The notes below the pieces were generated by a model. That model had not been told where the DNA came from. It ran no database searches and saw only the letters and a list, made by a program, of their open reading frames with translations. Shown here in pieces: positions 54,295 through 64,000 of a DNA stretch of 64,000 nucleotides (position 1 is its first letter; each line of letters opens with the position of its first letter). A program made the position numbers and the translations under genes. Source of the stretch: Lama guanicoe (taxonomy: Eukaryota); the NCBI GenBank assembly GCA_013239625.1, contig MU053559.1, positions 992,001-1,056,000 of the forward strand. The letters run 5' to 3'.

Positions 54295-55080
54295 GCAATG
54301 TCATGTGTGTGTGGATAAATATAAGTAAAAATGCACAGCATCTGCTATGAAATACTCTTATCAAAATATCTCACCTGAATCTGATCAAGCCTCTAATACT
54401 TGTTTATATGTCCATGAATGACTGAAAAATTGTGCTGAACACTGGAATTTGACACAATACTGTAAAATGATTATGAATCAATAAAAAATGTAAAAAAAAT
54501 ATATTTTTCACTAAAAAAAAAAAAGAAATCTGGGGGCCAGAGGTATATATTGTAGGACACAATGGAGTTGCAGTGAGATACATCCAGAATGTGAAATTCT
54601 CAGACAAGTGATGAGGATGCTTCAACAAATGAAATACAAGAATAAAAAAAAGGATGGGGGAGTGTTATTGATGAAAAGATACTTACGAATCATATCAACC
54701 AAATGCAGTGCGAACAACATTAGATTCTCATTTGAGTAATCTAGTTGTAAATAAGACACTTATGAGGCAATCTGGGAAATTTGAACATTGATAATATTAA
54801 AGATTTTTTGCTAAATTTTTAAGTGTGATAATGGTATTGTGGTTATGTTATTAAAGAAAGAGTCTTTATGCTTTAAAGATATATAACATAGTATTTATCT
54901 ATAATATGATATGGTGTCTGAGACTTACTTTTGAATATTCCACTGGGGGAGCTGAAGTACAGATAAAACAAATTTAGTTGTATGTTGATAATTGTTGAAG
55001 CTGGGTGATAGATACGTGAGGGTCAATTTACTAGTATTTTTCTTTTATATAGGATTGAAAATCTCTATAATAAAAATAAA
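54295..55080 (+). mobile_element. L1MC/ME 3' fragment with a nested young L1 tail (54400-54525)
   Basis: cctgaatctgatcaagcctcta and gtgtgataatggtattgtggttatg motifs. Confidence 0.7.
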
Positions 55081-55231
55081 TTATTTATTTATTAATAAAA
55101 TAAAAAACATGTTTAAAAGTAGGTTTCAAGATAATGCATAATACTAGAGATTTTTGTCATAATGTTAGGTGTTTTGCCAAAACCGTAGGCTGGGAATATA
55201 TGTGCAAAAAACATCAAAAGTGATAGAGGCT

Positions 55232-55397
55232 GGGAGATGTAAGGGTACAGCTCAGTGGTAGAGCAGGTGCTTAGCATGCAGAAGGTCATGGGTTCAATCC
55301 CCAGTACTTCCATTTAAAACAAACAAACAAACCTAATTACCTCTCCATGCTGGGAAAAAAAAAAGAAAATAGCTTTAAAAAAAGAGAAGAAAAAAAC
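55232..55397 (+). mobile_element. tRNA-Ala SINE
   Basis: 11-bp TSD TGATAGAGGCT at 55221-55231 and 55398-55408. Confidence 0.9.
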
Positions 55398-55664
55398 TGA
55401 TAGAGGCTAAGAGGTTGCATTATAAATGGTCTTTTCTGTATTTTAATTGTTTGCAATGATTGGATATTACTTTTTATCATTAGAAATATTAAATGAAGTA
55501 AATTAAGATATAGTTCCAAGGATATTTAATGCAGGCCTTTGAAATGGTAAATAGGGGGGAAATTCAATAAGGGAATGATTCAATAAATTATGATACAGAC
55601 TTAATGTGTCATAATGGAATAGTATGCAGCCATTTAAAAGGATAGATCTTGATGAATTTGCCTG

Positions 55665-57895
55665 CTGTGTATGTAACAAACCCACAGCCAACATCGTACT
55701 CAAAGGTAAAAAGGTTGAAAGATTTTCCTCTAAGATCAGGAGCAAGACAGAGGTGCCCACTCTGACCACTCCTATTCAATATAGTACTGGAAGTCCTAGA
55801 CTGAGCAATCAGGCAAGAATAGAACTAAAAGGCATCGAAATCAGAAAAGAAGAAGTAAAATTGTCTGTTTTCAGATGATATGATGTTATATACAGAAAAT
55901 CCTCAACACGCCACCAAAAAACCACTAGATCAACAAATTCAGTAAGGTTTCAAGATATAAAATCAATATACAGAAAACAGTTGCATTTATATACACACTA
56001 ATAACAAAACATCTGACAAAGAAAGAAGACAACCCATTTACAATAACATCAGAAACAATAAAATACTTTGTACTAAATTTAACCAAGGAGGTAAAAAATC
56101 TGTACACTGAAAACTACAAGGCTTTGATGAGAGAAACTGAAGAAGACACAAACAAATGGAAAGACGTTCTGTGTTCACAGATTGAAAGAATTAATATTGT
56201 TAAAATGTCTGTATTACCTAAAGCCATGTATAGATTCAATGCAATTCCTATCAAAATTCCAATGGCATTTTTCACAGAAATAGAAAAAACAATCCTAAAA
56301 GTTGTATGGAGACACAAAAGACCCTGAATAGCCAAAGCAATTCTGAGAAAGAAGAACAAAGCTGGCGGCATCAAACTTCCTGACTTCACATTATACTACA
56401 GAGCTGTAGTAATCAAAGCAGTGTGGTACTAGCATAAAACTAAACACAGAGACCACTGAAACACAACAAAGGGCCCAGAAATCATCTCCCACATGCACAC
56501 TCAACTAATACTTGACAAGAGAGCCAAGAACATCCAAAGGACAAATAAATGATGAAAGAATGAAATTGGACCTCTATCTTACACCACTCACAAAAATAAA
56601 CTCAAAATGGATTAAAGACTGAAACGTAAGACCCCAAACCATAAAATTTTTCAAAGAAAACAGCTCCTTGACTTTGGTCTTGGCAGTTATTTCCTGGATA
56701 TGACAGCAAAAGCACAAGCAACAAAAGCAAAAGTAAATATGTGGGACTCCATCAAACTAAAAAGCTTCTGTATAGCAAAGGAAACCATCAACTAAATGAG
56801 AAGGCAACCTATGGAATGGGAGGAAATATTTGCAAATTATATATATGATAAGAGGGATATCCAAAATACAGAGAGAACACATAAAACTCAATAGCAAAAC
56901 AATAACAGCAAAAACAAAAACAAAATATTCTGATTTTAAAATGGGGGAGAGGAAATGAAGAGATGGTTTTCCAAAGAAGATATCAAAATGGCCAACAGGT
57001 ACATGAAAAGATGCCCAACATCACTAACCATCGGGGGAGTGGAAATCAAAATGACAGTGAGATAGCTCACACCTGTCAGAATGGCCATCTTCAAAAATGC
57101 AAGAGATAACAAGTGTTGGCGAGGATGTGGCGAGAAGGGAACCCTAGTGCACTGTTGGTGGGAATGCAAATCGATATAGCCACTGTGGAAAACAGTGTGG
57201 AGTTTCCTCAAAAGTTAAAAATAAAACTACCATATGACCCAGCAATTCCACTTCTGGGTATGTATCCAAAGGAATGGAAATCAGGATCTCATAGAGAGAG
57301 CTGCATATGCCAAGACATGGAATCAACGTAAGTGTTCACCATCAACAAATGAATGGATGAAGTACATGAGATTATATATACACATACACACAGAGGAATA
57401 CTACTCAGCCATTAAAAAATGAAAACTTGTCATTTGCAACAACATGGACAGACCTGGAGGGTATTATGCTTAGTGAAATCAGTTAGAGAAGGACAAATAC
57501 TGTATGGCATCACTAGTATGTGGGATCTAAAAAAGTCAGACTCAGAGAAACAGTACAGCAGTGTTTACCATGGGGTTGAGAGTAGAGGAAATGGGGGAGA
57601 TGTTGGTCAAAGGCTACAAACGTCCAGTTCTAAGATGAACAAGTTCTGGGGCTCTAAGGTATAGCCTGGTGATTATAGCTAATGATACTGTATCATAGAT
57701 TTAAATGCTACCTAGAGAGTAGATCTTAAATGTTTTCACCACAAAAAAAGAAATGGTAATTATGTGACAGGATGGAGGCAGTAGCTAATGCTATGGTGGT
57801 AATCAGTTCACAAAAGATGAATGTATCAAATCAACAGGTTGTATACCTTGAACTTTTACCATGTTATGTGTCAATATATCCCAATAAAGCTTGGG
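55665..57895 (+). mobile_element. 5'-truncated L1MA/MB
   Basis: [45 protein letters not shown]; 3'UTR ending AATAAAGC. Confidence 0.93.
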
Positions 57896-58407
57896 AGAGG
57901 GTAATCCTGCTTAGGAGGGGTGAAGAATGGCTTAAAGAAAATCACGAAGTACAATTTATAGGGCAAAAGTTTGATGCGTGTCATTACATTTCAAAAGTAT
58001 TTCCGTTCAATTAAGGGAACCAGAGACCAAGTTAATAGATGTGTAAAAAATTGGGAGAAGATATCTGAAATGTCCAACACCAACCAAGGTTTATACTTAG
58101 TATATACAAGAACTCCTGCAAATCAGCAACCACGGTAAAAGGTAGGAGCTCTGATCGAAAACTAGGGAAGGAAGATGACAGGCGGTTCACAAACGAGTTG
58201 GTAAGAAACATATGAAGAGATATTTGACCTCATTAACATTTAGAGAAATGCAAGTTAAAACAACTATGATATATTATTTATACCCACAAGTTTATCATAA
58301 ATTGGAGAGCTAGGTCATGTCAAGTTTTGGCAGGGATGAGGGGACAGAGGAACTTCATGCCCAGGGGGTGAGAGCAGCCCTTTGAGAGTGCCATCTGGCA
58401 CTACTTT

Positions 58408-58475
58408 TTTTTTAAATTGAAGTATAGTCATTTACAATGTGTCAGTTTCTGGTGTACAGCTCAACGTTCCAGTCG
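58408..58475 (-). mobile_element. 68-bp L1 tail insertion
   Basis: 13-bp TSD CTGGCACTACTTT at 58395-58407 and 58476-58488. Confidence 0.85.
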
Positions 58476-58750
58476 CTGGCACTACTTTAAGTAAAACTAA
58501 ATCCTATGACTTAGGAATCTGAATCCTAGGCAAGTATCCCTGAGCAAATCTTGTCCTCACAGGGAACACAGATGAGTACATATATTTGTTTGGCAGCAGC
58601 CTGGGTATCTGACACTGGTGGACAAACACTGACAAGGACTAGGTAATACGGCTGGATCTTGAAAACACGCTTCACAAAGCAGAACGAATCCAACAAACTG
58701 TTTGACCAACACCATTTGCATTCATCTTTTAATTAATAAACTTTATGATT

Positions 58751-58910
58751 TTTTTCTTTTTTTTAATTTCATGTTTATTTATTTATCTTTTTGGGGGGAG
58801 GAGGGTAATTAGGTTTACTTTTTCTTTTAGAAGAGGTACTGAGGATTGGACTCAGGACCTTGTGCATGCTAAGCATGTGCTCTACCACTTAAGCTATATC
58901 CTCCCCCCAA
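58751..58910 (-). mobile_element. tRNA-Ala SINE
   Basis: Reverse SINE head with T-rich tail; flanking repeat TTTATGATT. Confidence 0.88.
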
Positions 58911-58929
58911 ATTTTATGATTATTATTAT

Positions 58930-60765
58930 TATTGCAGTTTTAGGTTTGCAAAAAATTGATCAGCTCATACAGAGTTCCCCATATACTCTGTCTCTCCATG
59001 GTTCACAGTTTCCCTTGTTGACAAAAGTTCAATTAACAAGCAAGTTAAGAATTAAAAAGGGGAATTTTATTTGAGCCAAACAGGATTATAAGCCTGGAAA
59101 CAGACTTTCAGAAGGCTCTGAGGACTGTTCTGCATGTTAGAAGTTGAAGGCTTAGTCACACACATTTCTGAGACAAAAGGTCATACATCAAAATGACATA
59201 TTGATATTTTAATAAAGTTCACCAAGAATACGGATACATAGTCCAGATAAGCATGTATAGAGTGATCAGGAAGTCACTATGACCCGTTACAGAGTTTGGA
59301 AAGAAGGCTGTTATTTTAAGAAATTGCATTGCCGGCATCAGAAGAAAGGGAAAAAATAGATTTTTATGGTCAAGCAGGCACTCCCATCTTTTAGGTGCTC
59401 TGGTTAATGTGTCATGCAGATGCACTCTGCACATTAGGGGTGGAGGGAGGTGGCCCGAATAAACACAGAGAGGGAATTTTATGTTTCATTTTTTCTTGTC
59501 CTGCCTTCAAATATCCATTTTATTTCATCACCCCTATTATTAACCTTTTGCATTAGCAAAGAACATTTCTTACAATTCACAAGCTAATGTCGATACATTG
59601 TTAACTAAAGCTAACTTGAGGGTTTACCCTTTGTTTTGTGCAGTTCTATGAATTTGGACAAATGTAGCATGACGTATCTAGCATTGCAGTATCATACAGA
59701 ATAGTTTCACAGCCCTACAAATCCCCTGTGCTCCATCTAGTCCTCCTTCCCCAACTTCATGAAACTCTTTTACCAACCACTGACCTTTTTTACTATAATT
59801 TTTTAACATTTTTATTATGATAAAAAATAATGTAAAATTTACCATCTTAACCATTTTAGGGGTACAGTTCAGCCGTGTCAAGTACATTCACCTTGTTGTA
59901 CAACAGATCTCAAGAACTCTTTCATCTTGCAAATTTGAAACCTTGTACCCGTTAAACAACTTCCCACTTCCACCTCCCCCAGCCTCTGGTAACCACATTT
60001 CTACTTTCTGTTTCTATGAATTTGACTACTTCAGATACCTCATAAAAGTGGAACCATGTAGTATTTGTCTTTCCACATCTGTTTATCCATTTATCCATCA
60101 CTTGGGTTACTGCTACCTCTTGGCTGTTGTAAATAGTGCTGCTGTGAACATGGGTGTACCTGTCTTCATCTTTTCGCCTTTTCCAGAATGTTATATGGTT
60201 GGAATCAAACAGCATGTAGCCTTTCCAGACTGGCTTCTTCCACTAAGCAATGGGCATTTAAAGTCCCTCCATGTCTTTTCATGGCTTGATAGCTGGTTTC
60301 CTTTTATTGCCGAATACTATTCTAGTGTGTGGATGTACCATAGTTTGTTTCTCCATTCACCTTTTGAAGGCCATCTCGGTTGCTTCCAGTTTTCAGCAAT
60401 TATGAATAAAATTACTGTAAACATCCCTGTCCAGGTTTTAGTGTGGACATACATTTTCAGCTCATTTGGATTAATACCTAGGAACACAATTGCTGGGCCA
60501 TATGGTGGCACTATATTTAGCTTTGCAAGAAACTGCCAAATTCTTCCAATGGGGCTGTACTGTTTTGCATTCCCACCAGCAGATGAGAATTCCTGTTGCT
60601 CCATATCCTCACCAGCATTTGGTATTGTCAGTATTTTGGATGTTAGCCCTTCTGATAGGTAGGTAATGGTATCCCACTGTTGTTTTTAGTTGTAATTTCC
60701 TAATGACATATGATGTTGAGCATCTTTTCATATGCGTATTTGCCATCTGTATATCTTCTTGGTGA
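58930..60765 (-). mobile_element. L1MC/MD 3' portion with a nested L1MB fragment
   Basis: WQFLAKLNIVPPYGPAIVFLGINPNELKMYVHTKT (60317-60604). Confidence 0.85.
59016..59530 (-). mobile_element. ERV1-type solo LTR (MER41-like group) inside L1
   Basis: TG...CA ends; interrupts the L1 motif agtttcccct|attattaac. Confidence 0.7.
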
Positions 60766-61487
60766 TTAATATTCTGTGGGGGATCAGTGATTGGACTCTC
60801 CGGGGGGGGGAAGGGGGTCAGTGATTAGTGGACTTCAGACTTCACTGGGCAAGGATCTATGTAGCTATTTGCTGTCTGTTGGGTCAGAGGTAGGAGTCCC
60901 TGATATCCAGCCTTAGGTGTCTATTGAGTCAATGATTTGGGATCTGTTGGTGTCACGGGTTGGGTGTCTGTAAGAGTCAGGAAACTGGAGTTCTCTTGCT
61001 TTAAAGCAACTAAAGGCCTGTGACAGTTGCTGATTGAGGGAAATGTGTAGGTGAACGATTGGGAGGCTTTTGGAAGTCAATGATTGTGGTTTTCTCTAAG
61101 GCAGTGATTAGGGGCTGGCGTCTGGGATGTGGATGCTCTGGAGGGGTCAATGGTTAGGGTCTATATGTCTAGTGACTACAGGGTGACTTATGTTCCGTAT
61201 GGTCTGTATGGGGCCTTAGTCTTATGAAATCCATGCCTCTTAGTGATTGTCTGTACTTAAGAGGGTTGAGGGTCAAGCCAGTGGGCTTCCTGGGGGACAC
61301 AGAAGAGGCAATTCTGGATCAGTATTTGTTCATCAACAGCTGTGATTCGGAGCCTCTGGAAATCAGCAGATGGAGCATTCTTGGTGGTTATTTACTGGGT
61401 GTGCAGTGAGTCAGTGATTCACAGCCCCAAAATGTCAATGACTGCATCTCTGGGATTTAGTTATTGAGAAATAGAATGTATAACCCC

Positions 61488-62037
61488 TGTAGGGACCCAG
61501 GGCACGCTGCCCCAAAATATGCCTCAATGGCATATTGATTACTCTGAATTAAAGTTACTTGAGAAACGGACAATGCAAGAGGAACACGTTGACCCTCCTT
61601 TCTGTCTCCCGGAAAACAGGAAATAAATCTCCCATGTGAAAGGTACACTCTCTGCCTCTGGAGTTAGCAGGACACCCTTATCGTCAGAGATAGGGAATTT
61701 GGGCCAAGATACCTATACAAACAAACCCTGCTATGCCTTTCATTTACTACCCCAAGCCCAAACTCTGTTTAGATTCTTTACTAATTAAGCACCCCAAACC
61801 CAGGTTTCTTTGTCTTGTCAATTCCTCATAGAAATCCCTCAGGGAAATTTATTGTTTCTTTGTCTACAAAATATAAAATCTGCTTTTTTTAGCAACTTCT
61901 TAGGTCCTATTTCTATAAGAGCTCCGTGTACATGAATTAAAGTTGTTTCTTTTTCTCCTGTTAATCTGTCAATTTTATTATTAGTCCAGCCACAAGAACT
62001 CAAGAGGGGTGGGGGGGAAATTTCCCCTTCCCTGACA
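61488..62037 (+). mobile_element. MER34-like ERV1 solo LTR
   Basis: gccccaaaatatgcctc..ggcatattgatta motif; TG...CA; TSD CCCC. Confidence 0.85.
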
Positions 62038-62049
62038 CCCCAAAACATC

Positions 62050-62250
62050 TACAGCAATTTCTTTGTTGTGGGAGCCATACTGTTCATTGTAGGCTGTTTA
62101 GCAGAATCCCTGGCTTCCTCTTCCCATTAGATGCCAACAGCACCATCACTTCCTCAATGTAAAAACCAAAAAGTACCTCCTGACATTGCCTAATGTCCCT
62201 TGGCGGTGCTGAGGAGGCAAAATTGCCCCCTGTTGAGAATCATTGGTCTA
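62050..62250. mobile_element. MER20 DNA transposon
   Basis: cattgtaggctgtttagcagaatccctggc...gacattgcctaatgtccc...gttgagaatcattg. Confidence 0.85.
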
Positions 62251-62774
62251 GAAATAAGGCCAAAGAATGGCACTGCATATAAATGATTAAATTGACGTCA
62301 TAATGATAGAGAATCTCAGATCGGATATATGAACGACGTACAGCAATGTCCAGTTTAGAGAGGAAATACTTAACATGAAATGGAAAGCTTGAAAATAACA
62401 AAATGGAAGAAGTTTTTTCTTTGTAAGCACATTAGGTCTCGTTATGCAGCTCACCACTGCCCTGCACATCCCAGTGGAGTGGTGACTGGATTTCTAGAGG
62501 TTAAAGGTCATGGGAATTCAGTTCTAAAATACAGAGGAGGATAACGGTGGGGCATAGTTGATTCAGGATGAGCGTGTGGTTGATGGGAAAGTGTGGAGTC
62601 TTAGCAGATGTTTTGTCTTGAGGATGTCTGTGAAGAGCCAAGCACCCCTGCCCCAGTGAGGTTTGGGGCTGGTGGCAGGTATTGCTGCTTTCTTGTATTA
62701 TTTTTGCTTGTATAAAACTTAAGGCATCATTCAATAAAAAATGTAAAAAAAAAATTAAACAAAACAAAACTTAA

Positions 62775-64000
62775 GGCAGACATCTGCTTCTGGCAGGATG
62801 GAGTAAAGAGGTGACTCCTCGCTCCCAAAAGCAACTTAGGGTTGCTGAGAAAAAAAACTGTCAAAAACAACCCTTACAGTATTCTGGAAACTGACCAAAC
62901 GCATTCTGCAAACAAGTGTTTTATTCATCAAAACTGCTAGACTGTGGCTCGTAGCAGTGCAGTTTGTGGTGGTTTTTTTCCATGTGGCTCCCCTCCCTCT
63001 TTGAGCGCTGCTGGTGGAGTCGTTCAACCAGGGCAGGGGCCAGCCAGGGAAACACAGTCCTCAGTGCCGCTGCTGGAGATGGCTAGCATGATTGGGAGCA
63101 TGGCCGGTTTAAGTGGCTGTCTCAGCAGCAACCACACGTAGGGGGCCGGCAGAGCCATTAGTGGGACCTTACAGCCTGTTTGGGGCAAGTAATGGACTGG
63201 TCTGCCGGGAGTTTAATGAGGAGATCTGGGTGATGGGACATCCATAGGGGGCTTGATAAACTACCTTAGGCAGACAGGCGCCTTTGCGCATGTGCAGCAG
63301 AGATCAAAACAGACGCAAACCATCCATCTATCTATCTCTGTCTTACTGAGCCTGTGTTCGCACAGAGGAGACAATGAGCAAGCCCAGTGAGAAACAAAAG
63401 CCAGGGCAGACTTGTAAAAGGCCTAAGGTTTGAATGTACTCTCTGGCAGCTAAGCAAGTCAAACATGGCTTGACATGTTTTTGCACAACCTCTGATCAAT
63501 CTCTTGATGAACATTAAGCTGTACAGACATGGGGAGGTGACCCCTAGAAAGCCAGTCTTAAGAAAAAAAAAAAACAAGAAAAAAATCTGAGCAGAGACAT
63601 CAGTGGCTGCCCGCTGCAGGCGAGACAGAGGTCACAGATTTGGTTCAGCTATAAAACCTGGACAAAATGCATGGACCAGCTATTTGAGGGCTCTGAAAAG
63701 TAGAGTGGCAGAAGACTGGGGAAGAAGACAAGAATCTGACGTATCACTGAAACAGTGGCGAGTTTACCTTTTTCATTCTTCCAGTATTCTCCAGCCAGAA
63801 CTAAACGCAGGGTGAAACCAGAAGCGAGCACTGTGGTGCAGAGAGAGATCCAGAAGCCCCTTAGTTCTGACTTCAGGAATAGGAAAGAGAATGTCCAATG
63901 CTCAGAGTGTGGAAATTCCCCACTATTTGTATTTTTCTGTTTATTTTCTCTGGTCTCCTGTGTCCAGGACCCTAAGCAATCTCATGGTGGCATCAACAGT
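62775..64000 (+). mobile_element. Old L1M 5' region
   Basis: cttctggcaggatggagtaa...ttctggaaactgaccaaa...gagacatcagtggctgc motifs. Confidence 0.6.

Noticed and set aside
59817..60662. Longest ORF in the track (281 aa, plus strand)
   Set aside because: Antisense read-through of nested L1 3' fragments

Overview
Mammalian genomic DNA, probably a camelid X chromosome: it carries the 5' end of ARAF (X-linked in eutherians) and seven tRNA-Ala-derived SINEs resembling camelid vic-1. Bases 1-2,500 hold ARAF exons 1-3 (minus strand), its CpG-island promoter and two uORFs. The other ~61 kb is intergenic and mostly transposon-derived (L1, L2, MIR, MaLR/ERV1/ERVK solo LTRs, DNA transposons). Two retrocopies are present: SFT2D1, with a full-length open frame except ATG>GTG and sitting inside an MLT1 LTR, and a disabled H3-3A copy. 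Other points of interest are an LTR-like fragment apparently mobilised by L1 (poly-A plus long TSD), an L1 with an excised and inverted ORF2 segment, two divergent ERVK-type solo LTRs, and three unassigned promoter-like GC-rich patches. I found no convincing new protein-coding system. Repeat subfamily names are from memory, and coordinates without a TSD are approximate.
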